Source: Clostridiales bacterium (GTDB lineage Bacteria; Bacillota; Clostridia; Oscillospirales; CAG-272). Taken from it: a stretch of 64,000 nt of DNA. The notes under the pieces were generated by a model. It worked only from the letters and a program-made list of their open reading frames with translations. It was not told the origin of the DNA and did not search any database. The position numbers and the translations under genes are program-made. Numbering within the stretch: the stretch's first letter is position 1; each line of letters opens with the position of its first letter. The stretch is from the NCBI GenBank assembly GCA_012800735.1, contig JAAZIU010000011.1, positions 44,542 through 108,541 of the forward strand. Direction: 5' to 3'. Below are positions 8,639 through 18,553 of this stretch, piece after piece.

Positions 8639-9409
8639 TCAATCTTTCAGATTGTTTCCCCAGGCTTTCTCGGTTTTTTCTGCTTTCTTGCCTCTGTATT
8701 GAGGGAAAATTCTCTTTCCGGTGGTACCGATCAGATAACCGGTTCCGCATACCAGTACCGCAGGCAGAGCGGCTGCAAGCTTAATCAGCGGGTTGTCGGG
8801 TGATATAGTGACTATTATACCGTTATACATACCGTTGAGAAATCCGAATATAGCCGAGCTTACCTGATATAGATTTAGCGCCCATTCCGGAGTTTCAGCT
8901 ACGAATTTTTCGTAAGCTCTTGTGTTAGCCTCGTTCTGACTTTCGGTATTTGACACCGTTTCGTCGCCAAGTTCCTCGTCAGCCGTTGGAACTACTTCGC
9001 CTTGTATGTCGTCGTCCGATGTTGTTTTGACAATAAATTCTCCGGCGGAAAGCTGAGTAGGGGTGATTTCTCCCGAAGCGAGTTTGGGTATATTCATAAA
9101 AGATATCACGATAAGAACAGCGAGCAGAATATTGGGGATATTTGCTATAAGGCTCATTGCAAAACCCTTCCAGGGCTGCGGCTTTACATTTCTGTGTTCG
9201 ACACGTATTTTGTCCTTCGCGCCTGCTTCCCATACCATCGAGTATAACAGATACAAATAGAAGAGAATCGCGAAGACGCTTGCGGCAAGAAGCAGGGATT
9301 TTGAAGAGGCAGTCGCCATCGCAAGCATGAGTCCGAAAACAGTCATACCGATTTGTATCAAAAACATTTTAAAGATGCCGTAGCCGTTTTCTTTAAGGAA
9401 TTTCAGCAT
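8639..9409 (-). CDS. uncharacterized polytopic membrane protein with an acidic loop
   Basis: 256-aa ORF starting 20 nt downstream of the radA stop. It has several hydrophobic helices and a D/E-rich loop. No family recognised. Confidence 0.5.
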   Translation of the reverse strand: MLKFLKENGYGIFKMFLIQIGMTVFGLMLAMATASSKSLLLAASVFAILFYLYLLYSMVWEAGAKDKIRVEHRNVKPQPWKGFAMSLIANIPNILLAVLIVISFMNIPKLASGEITPTQLSAGEFIVKTTSDDDIQGEVVPTADEELGDETVSNTESQNEANTRAYEKFVAETPEWALNLYQVSSAIFGFLNGMYNGIIVTISPDNPLIKLAAALPAVLVCGTGYLIGTTGKRIFPQYRGKKAEKTEKAWGNNLKD

Positions 9410-9604
9410 AATTTATTTTACCTTTATATTAATTTATAGAAAATAGAAACCGCGCGGTTTTGCCGCAAATGTATATTACAATTTATTATAACATATAAAT
9501 CAAGAAATATAACCGCTTATTTTTGAACGATAGGAAATTGTTTTTTTAAAAATAGAAAAACTTTTGATGTCAAAATCGGTTATTTTTGCAAAGGCAGGTA
9601 TAAA

Positions 9605-10651
9605 ATGGAAATGCTTCCTGATTTTTTGAAAGAATACAGAGGACACCTTCTTGTAATAAAAGCCGACTCGGAACTTACGGTTGAACAATATCTGATAGAC
9701 ATCACTCTTTTCCTTAAATGGCTGACGATATCAAGAGCCGGAAAAAAACCGACTGACGAGCTCTTCTCCCAAACCGACATCAGCGGACTTGATATCGATA
9801 TTATAGCTTCGGTCACAAGAGCGGATATCCTTGAATTTCTTGTATACGCCGCCAACGACCGTAAAAACGGCTCAAAAGCGCGGGCAAGGAAGCTGTCTTC
9901 GTTAAAGTCACTTTTCAAATATCTGACTGTTACAACAAGACAGTTGAAAAGCAACCCGGCGGCGAATATCGAAACTCCCAAAGTAAGACCGGCGCTGCCT
10001 AAATATCTTGAACTCGACGAATGCATAATACTGCTCGAAACGGTAAAAAACGATACCTCTTCAGCAACCAGAGAGCGGGATTACGCGATTATAACGCTCT
10101 TCTTAAACTGTGGGATGCGTCTTTCGGAGCTCTGCGGCATAAATCTCAGCGATACCGACCCGGAGCTGAAATCACTGCGGGTAATGGGCAAAGGCTCAAA
10201 ACAGCGCGTAATATATCTTAACGATGCCTGCCGCAGCGCGCTTCGAGCCTGGCTTGAAGTCAGGGCAAAGAATAAGCAGATAAAAGCGGACAGCCGTGAT
10301 GCGATGTTTATAAGCTCTCGTCACTCAAGGATATCGAATAAAACGGTTCAGTGGATGGTTAAGCGGTATCTCGAGCGCGCAGGACTCGGCAATCGTAATT
10401 TTTCGGTGCATAAGCTGAGACACACCGCTGCAACTCTGATGTACAGAGAGGGCGGGGTTGATGTTCGCGTGCTAAAAGATATATTGGGACATGAACAGCT
10501 TAACACCACTCAAATTTACACTCATGTTTCAAATGAACAAATGGAGAAGGCGATGGCGTCAAACCCGCTCTCCGATATAAAAGCCCCAAAATCCGGCTCC
10601 CTGAAAGTCCCCGGCGGATCCGAAGCAGACGCAAGTAAGGAGAATATCTGA
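9605..10651 (+). CDS. tyrosine recombinase, XerC/XerD family
   Basis: Catalytic pattern GMRLSEL (R), HKLRHTAAT (HxxR) and LGHEQLNTTQIYTHV (H...Y), with an N-terminal SAM-like domain. Confidence 0.85.
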   Translation: MEMLPDFLKEYRGHLLVIKADSELTVEQYLIDITLFLKWLTISRAGKKPTDELFSQTDISGLDIDIIASVTRADILEFLVYAANDRKNGSKARARKLSSLKSLFKYLTVTTRQLKSNPAANIETPKVRPALPKYLELDECIILLETVKNDTSSATRERDYAIITLFLNCGMRLSELCGINLSDTDPELKSLRVMGKGSKQRVIYLNDACRSALRAWLEVRAKNKQIKADSRDAMFISSRHSRISNKTVQWMVKRYLERAGLGNRNFSVHKLRHTAATLMYREGGVDVRVLKDILGHEQLNTTQIYTHVSNEQMEKAMASNPLSDIKAPKSGSLKVPGGSEADASKENI

Positions 10652-10655
10652 AAAG

Positions 10656-11825
10656 ATGAACGGCAGCGGGAATAAAAACAGAAAAAACGATAATAACGGA
10701 AAAAACAATTCAAATAATCCGCGCCCACGGGGTACCGCTCCCGGACGCGGTCAGAAGCCGGCAATAAACGCCTTCCTCCCCGACGAAACGCCGAAGGGAA
10801 AGCCGAAGAAAAGAGGTTTATCGGGAGGAGCTTTTCTGGCTTTGGTACTAATAGTTTGCGTGGCAATAGGCGCCGTTAGTGTCGGAGTATATGCAGTTTT
10901 ACACGGAGCGGGAGAAGAAACTGATATCTTTAATACCGGCACTGCGCTTATAACCGGAGTCGGGGAGCTGCCTTCAGTCCCGCCGATTCAAAAGATTCCC
11001 GCGGTTATTTTAGGCGATGAGACCGAATGTCAAAACGCGCTTTTGGTAAATGTAACAACCGGGGCAGTCATCGCAGAGAAAAATCCCGACGAGATTGTTT
11101 ATCCCGCTTCGCTTACCAAGATTATGACGGCTTTGGTAGCAATCGAAAATATTCCGGATCTCGAGTCAAAGGTTGTGATTGACCGAGATATGGTAGCTTA
11201 TATTAAAGCTAACAACGCTTCGACAGCCGGCTTATACGCAGGTGAAGCTGTGTCTGCTCTCGATCTGCTTTATTGCCTTATGTTGCCGTCCGGAGCCGAC
11301 GCGTCGCTGGGACTCGCAAAGCTTGCGGCCGACTCGGAAAAAGATTTTGTCAAACTTATGAATAATACCGCGGTAAGATTGGGTATGGAAAACACTCATT
11401 TCACCAACTGCACCGGTCTTAATGATATTAACCATTATTCGACAGCCTCCGACCTTTACAAACTGATATACTATGTGTTGAAAAACCAGACGATATATGA
11501 TCTTTTTACTACCCTTACCTATAATACTTCGCCGACCAATTTTCATCCCGACGGGGTTTATGTGGTATCGACGATAAAGCGGAATTTTGATAAGGAAGGT
11601 CTTGATTTGGGTTATGTCCTCGGAGGAAAAACGGGATATACGGTACCGGCAAAACAATGTATGGCGACGCTTGCAAAAAAAGACGGTGAATATTATGTGC
11701 TTATAGTGCTCGGCTGCGGAGACGGTACTGCGCGGCGCGCTTCGCACGCGCTGGTGACTCACGATTTGTGGTCGAGATTTCTGGGCACACCCGGACCTGA
11801 ATCAAATTCGGTAACAATCGGCTGA
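10656..11825 (+). CDS. D-alanyl-D-alanine carboxypeptidase (peptidase S11, low-MW PBP) with an N-terminal basic tail and a TM anchor
   Basis: SxxK motif as ASLTK and KTG motif as GGKTGYT. It begins 4 nt after the recombinase gene. Confidence 0.8.
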   Translation: MNGSGNKNRKNDNNGKNNSNNPRPRGTAPGRGQKPAINAFLPDETPKGKPKKRGLSGGAFLALVLIVCVAIGAVSVGVYAVLHGAGEETDIFNTGTALITGVGELPSVPPIQKIPAVILGDETECQNALLVNVTTGAVIAEKNPDEIVYPASLTKIMTALVAIENIPDLESKVVIDRDMVAYIKANNASTAGLYAGEAVSALDLLYCLMLPSGADASLGLAKLAADSEKDFVKLMNNTAVRLGMENTHFTNCTGLNDINHYSTASDLYKLIYYVLKNQTIYDLFTTLTYNTSPTNFHPDGVYVVSTIKRNFDKEGLDLGYVLGGKTGYTVPAKQCMATLAKKDGEYYVLIVLGCGDGTARRASHALVTHDLWSRFLGTPGPESNSVTIG

Positions 11826-11896
11826 ATTTAATATTTTACCGGTTGAAATAAGAGCCGGTAAATGATAGAATATATACGTTTAAAATAAATCTGAAA

Positions 11897-12178
11897 GTGG
11901 TGGATGATTTGACGCTTGACAAGCTGTCGGCCGGTTCGGTCGGAGTTATAACCGCAGTCGGAGGGGAAGGGGCTTTGCGCTGCCGTCTGCTTGATATGGG
12001 GCTGATTCCCCGTACAAAGGTAAAGGTAGTCAAAACCGCGCCTATGGGAGACCCTGTTGAGATAAGGCTGCGGGACTATGCGCTTACCATCCGTCTTGCC
12101 GATGCGGCGTTAATAAAAGTCAGACCTCTGAATGGAGATGGAGAAGAGAAGGAACCTGTCGGAGGTGCAGCAACATGA
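11897..12178 (+). CDS. feoA: FeoA family protein of the second feo locus
   Basis: GEGALRCRLLDMGLIPRTKV and PMGDPVEIRLRDYALTIR. The start codon is uncertain (GTG 11897 or 11900). The stop overlaps the feoB ATG. Confidence 0.8.
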   Translation: MVDDLTLDKLSAGSVGVITAVGGEGALRCRLLDMGLIPRTKVKVVKTAPMGDPVEIRLRDYALTIRLADAALIKVRPLNGDGEEKEPVGGAAT

Positions 12179-14184
12179 CATTTGCGTTAGTCGGCAATCA
12201 GAACAGCGGAAAAACCACTCTCTTCAACCAGCTGACCGGCGCAAATCAGCATGTCGGCAATTTCCCCGGCGTCACCGTAGAATCGAAATCCGGTTTTGTT
12301 AGAGGATATAAAGATGTCGAGGTTGTCGACCTGCCGGGTATATATTCTATCCGCGCATATTCAAGTGAAGAAACAGTAACGCGGGATTTTATTCTGAATA
12401 ACAAACCGGACGGGATAATCAACATCGTCGACGCAACAAATATCGAACGAAACCTTTATCTGACCCTGCAGCTTATTGAACTTCGAATCCCTATGGTACT
12501 GGCGCTGAATATGATGGACGAGGTGCGCTCCAACGGCGGTACCATTGACATCGAAATGATGAGCGAGCGGCTCGGTATACCGGTTGTGCCGATTTCTGCC
12601 GCAAAAAATGAGGGCATAGACGAGCTGATAAGGGTAGCATACGAGACCGCAAGTAAACGAGAACTGCCGAAGATATACGACTTTTGCTCCCCCGGTCCGA
12701 TACACCGCTGTATTCACGCAATCTGCCATGTGATCGAGGATCACGCGCAAGACGCCGACCTTCCGTTGCGTTTTGCCACATCAAAGCTTATAGAAGGCGA
12801 TGATGATAAAATTATCAGCCGTCTCAATCTTGACAAAAACGAGCTTGAGCTTATCGATCACTCGATAGTCGAGATGGAAAAAGAACATGGACTCGACTGC
12901 AACGCCGCTCTGGCTGATATGAGATATTCCTTTATAGAATCAGTTTGCGACGGAGCGGTGGTAAAAGCGCGTGAAAGCAAAGAACACCTCCGTTCCGCTA
13001 AAATAGACCTTGTTTTGACAAATAAATATGCCGCTATACCAATTTTCTTCGGAGTAATGCTGCTGATATTCTACCTGACTTTCAACGTAATCGGCAAGTT
13101 CCTTCAAGACCTTCTGCAAAGCGGCATAGACTCGCTCTCCTCCGTTACCGAAACCGCGCTTACATCGTTCGGAACAAACGAGATAGCGAAATCCCTTGTG
13201 ATTGACGGTCTTTTTGCAGGCGTCGGATCGGTTCTTTCATTTTTGCCTATTATTGTCGTACTGTTTTTCTTTTTGTCAATTCTTGAAGATACCGGATATA
13301 TGGCGCGAATCGCCTTTGTAATGGATAAGTCGCTGCGAAAAATCGGTCTTTCCGGCCGCTCGATTGTCCCGATGCTTATCGGCTTCGGCTGTACCGTTCC
13401 CGCGGTGATGGCGACGAGGACGCTTTCATCCGAGCGCGACCGTAAAATGACAATACTTTTGACGCCGTATATGTCATGTTCGGCAAAAATACCGATATAC
13501 GCCGTTTTCAGCGCTGCGCTTTTCCCGAAATACGCGGCGCTGGTGATGATAGGACTTTATATATTCGGAATCCTTGTCGGGATTCTCATCGCCCTGTTGA
13601 TGAATCATTCGATGTATCGGGGAAATCCGATACCGTTTGTAATGGAATTGCCGAATTACCGCTTTCCTTCGCCTAAAACCGTCGCAATGCTGCTTTGGGA
13701 TAAAGCCAAGGATTTCATTACCAAGGCGTTTACAATAATATTCTTTGCCACGCTTGCAATCTGGTTTTTTTCTACCTTCGACATTCGTCTTAACCCCGTG
13801 GAATCTCAATCTTCTTCGATTCTTGCTTCGATAGGCGCTTTTATAGCACCGATTTTCGCTCCTTTAGGTTTCGGAAGCTGGCAGGTCTCCACTTCGCTTA
13901 TAACCGGATTCATCGCTAAAGAATCTGTTATATCCACCTTAGGTATCCTTACATCGGCGCCGGGAGGGGTGGTAAATGCAATCTCACAGATGTTTACACC
14001 GCGTTCCGGACTCAGCTTCCTTATTTTCACTCTGCTCTACACTCCCTGTGTTGCGGCAGTCTCTGCCATCTGTCGCGAGCTTCACTCAAAGCTTAAGGGG
14101 ATAGGCGTCGTTGTCTTTCAGTGCGTCACGGCATGGATTTTTGCCTTTATCGTCTATCAAATAGCCGGCTTATTTATGGTATAA
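12175..14184 (+). CDS. feoB: ferrous iron transporter FeoB, second copy
   Basis: GNQNSGKTTLFN and DLPG G domain plus a membrane domain. It is clearly paralogous to 2180-4339. Confidence 0.95.
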   Translation: MTFALVGNQNSGKTTLFNQLTGANQHVGNFPGVTVESKSGFVRGYKDVEVVDLPGIYSIRAYSSEETVTRDFILNNKPDGIINIVDATNIERNLYLTLQLIELRIPMVLALNMMDEVRSNGGTIDIEMMSERLGIPVVPISAAKNEGIDELIRVAYETASKRELPKIYDFCSPGPIHRCIHAICHVIEDHAQDADLPLRFATSKLIEGDDDKIISRLNLDKNELELIDHSIVEMEKEHGLDCNAALADMRYSFIESVCDGAVVKARESKEHLRSAKIDLVLTNKYAAIPIFFGVMLLIFYLTFNVIGKFLQDLLQSGIDSLSSVTETALTSFGTNEIAKSLVIDGLFAGVGSVLSFLPIIVVLFFFLSILEDTGYMARIAFVMDKSLRKIGLSGRSIVPMLIGFGCTVPAVMATRTLSSERDRKMTILLTPYMSCSAKIPIYAVFSAALFPKYAALVMIGLYIFGILVGILIALLMNHSMYRGNPIPFVMELPNYRFPSPKTVAMLLWDKAKDFITKAFTIIFFATLAIWFFSTFDIRLNPVESQSSSILASIGAFIAPIFAPLGFGSWQVSTSLITGFIAKESVISTLGILTSAPGGVVNAISQMFTPRSGLSFLIFTLLYTPCVAAVSAICRELHSKLKGIGVVVFQCVTAWIFAFIVYQIAGLFMV

Positions 14185-14188
14185 ACTC

Positions 14189-14371
14189 ATGTCATGTACG
14201 GACATAATCCTGATTTTGCTGCTTTGCGCATGGTGCGTTGTCGCCGTTGTGATAATGGTTAAACGTCATAAAAAAGGCAAACATTTTACCTGCGGCGGCG
14301 ATTGCGGCAGCTGCCCGATGAAAAACAGAGAGGACTGCGATATTCAAACACCAAAAGACAGCAGCGATTAA
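14189..14371 (+). CDS. FeoB-associated Cys-rich membrane protein, second copy
   Basis: 60 aa with an N-terminal TM helix and CGGDCGSCP. It starts 4 nt after feoB. Confidence 0.7.
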   Translation: MSCTDIILILLLCAWCVVAVVIMVKRHKKGKHFTCGGDCGSCPMKNREDCDIQTPKDSSD

Positions 14372-14374
14372 CGG

Positions 14375-15271
14375 GTGAAAGACAAAATGATGCAAAACAG
14401 TATAATAGGAAAGCTGAGCGATAAAGTTAAGTCCGAGAATCTGCCTGTTTTCAGGATAGTTGAAATCGTGGGCAGCGCCATCTTAACCGCAGAGCTTAAT
14501 CCGGCAAATGATTCGAACAATATTTACAGCGTTTCAAAAAGCTATACCTCATTCGCCTCCGGTCTTCTTTTCGACCGCGGGCTGCTCGATTACAAAAACT
14601 CGGTATACGAGCTTTTTTACGAAGATTATCCGGAAGATATAAACGACACCTGGAAAAATGTCACGATAAAAATGGTCTTCGATCAGACAGTCGGGATAAA
14701 CCGCTTTTATCTTGATATGGACAGCGAGGATCTCTGGGGTTATCCCTATTCCGACCTAATAAGAAATGTCCTGCGCGAGCCCTTTATTTATGAGCCGGGG
14801 ACACATTTTTGTTACAGCGATTCAAACTATTATCTTGCCGCAAGAATCGTGGAAAAACTCGGCGGGACTGATACATCAAAGCTTTTATGGGAAGCGTTGT
14901 TTAATCCGTTGAAATATCAATCTCACGCCTGGGCGGCAGATGCTTTCGGGCATTGCATGGGCGCGACCGGATTGTTTTTACGCACAGCAGACATGGCGAA
15001 ATTCGGCAGGTTGCTGCGGGACGGCGGGGTATACGACGGGAAAAGAATCATTTCAAAAGAATGGATTGACCTTGCAACGAATCATAAAACAAAAGAAGGC
15101 TGCTATTCGCTCGGATTCTGGATTCAGCCGGGGGAAGGACATTTCTGCTGCAGCGGCGCTTTCGATCAGCTTATTGACATAAATCTCAACCGCGACAGAG
15201 TAGTCGCCTGGAGTTCATACGATAAATCCGGCAAAGTCAGAGGACTCAGAGATTTGCTGCGCGAAAACTAA
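14375..15271 (+). CDS. serine hydrolase, beta-lactamase/transpeptidase-like family
   Basis: SxxK motif as SVSKS near the N-terminus and about 295 aa. The start could be GTG 14375 or ATG 14387/14390. Confidence 0.6.
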   Translation: MKDKMMQNSIIGKLSDKVKSENLPVFRIVEIVGSAILTAELNPANDSNNIYSVSKSYTSFASGLLFDRGLLDYKNSVYELFYEDYPEDINDTWKNVTIKMVFDQTVGINRFYLDMDSEDLWGYPYSDLIRNVLREPFIYEPGTHFCYSDSNYYLAARIVEKLGGTDTSKLLWEALFNPLKYQSHAWAADAFGHCMGATGLFLRTADMAKFGRLLRDGGVYDGKRIISKEWIDLATNHKTKEGCYSLGFWIQPGEGHFCCSGAFDQLIDINLNRDRVVAWSSYDKSGKVRGLRDLLREN

Positions 15272-15353
15272 ACCGATTTTTAAAATGATATAGATAAATC
15301 GCAAGAATTGTGATATCATAAGTCCACACATAAATTAATAGGAGGTCCGCACC

Positions 15354-16085
15354 ATGAAATATTCGGTTCAGCTCTACACTCTTCGCAGCGAAATAAAGGA
15401 TGCCGAGGGGTTAAAGCGCATACTGCCCGAAGTACGCAAAGCAGGATACGAAGGAGTCGAGTTTGCCGGCACATACGGCTATGACCCGGTGACTTTAAAG
15501 CAGCTCTGCGACGATTCCGGATTGATAGTAACCGGAAATCTGGTCGGAGTTGACGCTTTTCTGCCGGATAAAATTGATTCCACCATCGCTTATAACAAAG
15601 CTCTCGGTCTGAATCTCATCGGCACAGGCGGCGGTCCGCACGGTACCGACGCCGACGCGGAGAAAACCGCATTAATATTTAAGTGGGCAAACAAGTACGG
15701 CGAAAATAAAGGCGTAAAATTCTATTACCACAACCATCAGACCGAATTTTTCCCGCTTGAATCCGGCCGCCTTCCGATAGACGTGCTGAAAACCGGCGCT
15801 TATCTTGAGATAGACACTTATTGGTCGTTTGTGGCAAAAGTCGATACCCGTAAGGTTATGCTTGAAAATCGCGACAGAATAGTCGCGCTGCATATAAAGG
15901 ACGGCGTCGACGGAACTCCCTGCGCTCTCGGAGAAGGACAGAATGACCTTATAACAATAATAAAAACCGCCAAAGAAATCGGCGTCGAATGGCTGACCCT
16001 TGAAAACGACAACCCGACCCCGAACGGTCTCGATGACATAAAGCGAAGCTACGCATGGCTCGCCGCAAACGAAGAGAAATTCTAA
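15354..16085 (+). CDS. sugar phosphate isomerase/epimerase (xylose isomerase-like TIM barrel)
   Basis: 243 aa with an AGGAGG RBS and the patterns GYEGVEF and HNH...E typical of this fold. Confidence 0.65.
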   Translation: MKYSVQLYTLRSEIKDAEGLKRILPEVRKAGYEGVEFAGTYGYDPVTLKQLCDDSGLIVTGNLVGVDAFLPDKIDSTIAYNKALGLNLIGTGGGPHGTDADAEKTALIFKWANKYGENKGVKFYYHNHQTEFFPLESGRLPIDVLKTGAYLEIDTYWSFVAKVDTRKVMLENRDRIVALHIKDGVDGTPCALGEGQNDLITIIKTAKEIGVEWLTLENDNPTPNGLDDIKRSYAWLAANEEKF

Positions 16086-16125
16086 AATACGCGGCGGCGA
16101 AAGTCTTAAAATCAATAAATTTCCC

Positions 16126-16154
16126 TTGACAAAACCATCGGAGTGTGATATAAT
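16126..16154 (+). promoter_or_regulatory. sigma-70 type promoter of tRNA-Gly
   Basis: TTGACA (16126-16131), a 17-nt spacer, then TATAAT (16149-16154) with an extended -10 TGa. Confidence 0.75.
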
Positions 16155-16170
16155 ATTAAAACGCTCCGAT

Positions 16171-16245
16171 GCGGGTGTTATTCAATGGTTAGAATGTCAG
16201 CCTTCCAAGCTGAATGTGTGGGTTCGATTCCCATCACCCGCTCCA
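16171..16245 (+). tRNA. tRNA-Gly (anticodon UCC), CCA encoded
   Basis: Manual cloverleaf: acceptor GCGGGTG/CACCCGC, anticodon stem TCAGC/GCTGA, loop CTTCCAA, T arm GTGGG-TTCGATT-CCCAT. Confidence 0.9.
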
Positions 16246-16248
16246 ACA

Positions 16249-16276
16249 AGCTCCGGTCAAACGGAGCTTTTTTTTA
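16249..16276 (+). terminator. rho-independent terminator after the tRNA
   Basis: Stem agctccg/cggagct followed by T8. Confidence 0.85.
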
Positions 16277-16373
16277 TTTTCGTTAATGATGAAAAAACCC
16301 CCTTAAAATTGAATGGCAGATGATAATTTATCTGCTCCGTTCAAGTTCAAGAGGCGTTTTTGTATGATATATG

Positions 16374-18503
16374 TCAATCAGCCCTGTCAAGACCGATGCG
16401 ATTCCGCTCTTTATCGATATTCAGCACTTTTACGCGAATAGGCTGTCCGACTTCCGGCTTTGAGCGGCCGAATTTTGAAATGTGCAGCAGCCCGTCGGTA
16501 TGAACGCCGATGTCTATAAAGGCGCCGAAATCGGTAACATTCCTGACAGTACCTGTAAGCGTCATTCCGGGGTGAAGCGAATCTAAATCCAGAAGATCGG
16601 CGCGCAGCTCCGGCTTCGGCAAAGAATCGCGTATATCGCGTCCCGGCTTTTCAAGTTCTCCGACTATGTCATTAAGCGTCGGAATACCGATTCCGAGAGA
16701 TTCGGCAATATCTTCAACTCCCGCAGCGACAATCTTTGCCCTCAGCTCAGACAGACGCCCTTCACGGACATCTGCGGCGGTATAGCCGAACCTTTTCAGC
16801 AGCTCTTTTGCCGCGGGATATGATTCCGGATGAACGCCGGTGTTGTCAAGTATCTCGTGTGACTCGGGAACGCGCAGAAAGCCGGCGCTTTGAATAAAAG
16901 TGCGCTCGCCGAGCCGCGGCACTTCTTTAAGCTCCATCCTCGACTTGAATCCGCCTGAATCGCCGCGCTTCTTTACGATATTCTTTGCAACGGTGGAATT
17001 AAGTCCGGAAATGTGCGAAAGCAGCTGATAGGATGCGGTATTTACGTCAACTCCGACTTCGTTTACAACATCTTCAACAACCCCGTCAAGCGCGCGGTCA
17101 AGCTCCTTTTGCGGAAGATCGTGCTGGTATTGACCGACGCCGATAGCTTTTGGGTCGATTTTTACTAATTCCGCGAGAGGGTCCTGAAGCCGCCTTGCGA
17201 TGGAAACGGCGGAACGCCTTGTTACATCCATATCCGGCAGTTCAACTCTCGCGTCTTCGGAAGCTGACCATACCGAAGCGCCGGATTCCGAAACAACGGC
17301 GTATTTTACCTCCTCCGGAATGGTTTTGAGAAGTTCGCTTATAAATATCTCGCTTTCTTTTGAAGCCGTGCCGTTGCCGAGAGCGATTACTTCAATACGA
17401 TAATCTCTTATCAGCTTTTTCATCGTCTTCGCCGCCTCGTCGGTTTTCTTCTGCGGAGGATGAGGATAGATAGCCGATGTTTCAAGCACCTTTCCGGTTT
17501 CATCTACGACGGCAAGCTTGCAGCCGTTGTAATATCCGGGATCAAAACCCATAACTGTTCTGCCTTTGAGCGGCGCGCTCATCAGCAGACCGCGAAGGTT
17601 TTCGGAAAAAACTCCTATCGCCCCGGTGGAAGCGTTGTCGGTTAGGGTAGAGCGTATCTCGCGTTCAATGGAAGGTTTGATCAGTCTGTCATAGCTATCA
17701 AGTACCGCCGATTCAACATATTTTCTGGCCGGTGAGATTTTGGAAGATACAGTTTTCATGAGCAGCCAGTTGAGCGCGATCTCGTCTTCGAGTTCAATGC
17801 TTACCCTGAGCGCCTTTTCATTTTCTCCGCGGTTCATTGCGAGAACACGGTGTCCGGCGATGCGGCTGACAGGTTCCGAGTAATCGTCATACATGGCGTA
17901 AACGGGGTTGCCTTCTCCGGCTTTTTTTGCGTGGATTCTACCGTAATCCCATGTCATCACCCTGAGCTCTCCGCGCAGTTCGGCGGAATCGGCTACATCT
18001 TCCGCGATAATGTCGCAAGCGCCCCTGAAAGCGTCCTCTCTTGTTTCAACACCTTTATCCGGATTAATAAATCCGTCAGCTATAGCGTTAATGGAAGGCG
18101 AGTAGCTGTCAAGCTGCGCGTATAGTGCAAGAGCTAAATCCTCAAGCCCTTTATCCCGCGCATCAGAAGCTCTGGTGCGCCTCTTCGGGCGGTAAGGACG
18201 GTATAAGTCTTCAACGGCGGTAAGTGTTTCGGCCGAAGCTATCTTTTGCTCAAGCTCGGGGGTAAGCTTTTCTTGGCTGTTTATGGAATCTATTACTTCC
18301 GCCTTTCTGTCCTCCAACTTGCGCAGATATTCAAGCCGGTCGCTTAGGTCGCGGAGGGTTTTGTCTTCTATTGAGCCTGTGCGTTCCTTGCGGTAGCGCG
18401 CGATGAAGGGAATAGTGTTGCCTTCGTCCAAAAGCGCAACGGCGGCTTCTGTTTTATCTATCGGAATTTGCAGCTCATCTGCAAGAGTTTTGATAATATC
18501 CAT
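16374..18503 (-). CDS. tex: Tex-like transcription accessory protein with an S1 RNA-binding domain
   Basis: N-terminus IPFIARYRKERTG, YqgF-like and HhH regions, and a C-terminal S1 domain (GTVRNVTDFGAFIDIG). The start is trimmed to MDIIKTL. Confidence 0.9.
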   Translation of the reverse strand: MDIIKTLADELQIPIDKTEAAVALLDEGNTIPFIARYRKERTGSIEDKTLRDLSDRLEYLRKLEDRKAEVIDSINSQEKLTPELEQKIASAETLTAVEDLYRPYRPKRRTRASDARDKGLEDLALALYAQLDSYSPSINAIADGFINPDKGVETREDAFRGACDIIAEDVADSAELRGELRVMTWDYGRIHAKKAGEGNPVYAMYDDYSEPVSRIAGHRVLAMNRGENEKALRVSIELEDEIALNWLLMKTVSSKISPARKYVESAVLDSYDRLIKPSIEREIRSTLTDNASTGAIGVFSENLRGLLMSAPLKGRTVMGFDPGYYNGCKLAVVDETGKVLETSAIYPHPPQKKTDEAAKTMKKLIRDYRIEVIALGNGTASKESEIFISELLKTIPEEVKYAVVSESGASVWSASEDARVELPDMDVTRRSAVSIARRLQDPLAELVKIDPKAIGVGQYQHDLPQKELDRALDGVVEDVVNEVGVDVNTASYQLLSHISGLNSTVAKNIVKKRGDSGGFKSRMELKEVPRLGERTFIQSAGFLRVPESHEILDNTGVHPESYPAAKELLKRFGYTAADVREGRLSELRAKIVAAGVEDIAESLGIGIPTLNDIVGELEKPGRDIRDSLPKPELRADLLDLDSLHPGMTLTGTVRNVTDFGAFIDIGVHTDGLLHISKFGRSKPEVGQPIRVKVLNIDKERNRIGLDRAD

Positions 18504-18553
18504 TTTATATATTCCTCGCCGCATTTGAGCGGCGTTATTTGTTTATATCTGTT

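Noticed and set aside
9605-16245. A tyrosine recombinase plus a tRNA gene 5.5 kb away, considered as a possible integrated island
   Set aside because: I could find no direct repeat of the tRNA 3' end elsewhere in the window. The genes between them are ordinary cell-wall, iron and sugar genes with similar composition. The recombinase looks like a housekeeping Xer type in an operon with the carboxypeptidase.
16126-16323. 65-aa plus-strand ORF
   Set aside because: It covers the tRNA-Gly promoter, the tRNA and its terminator. The tRNA explains the sequence.
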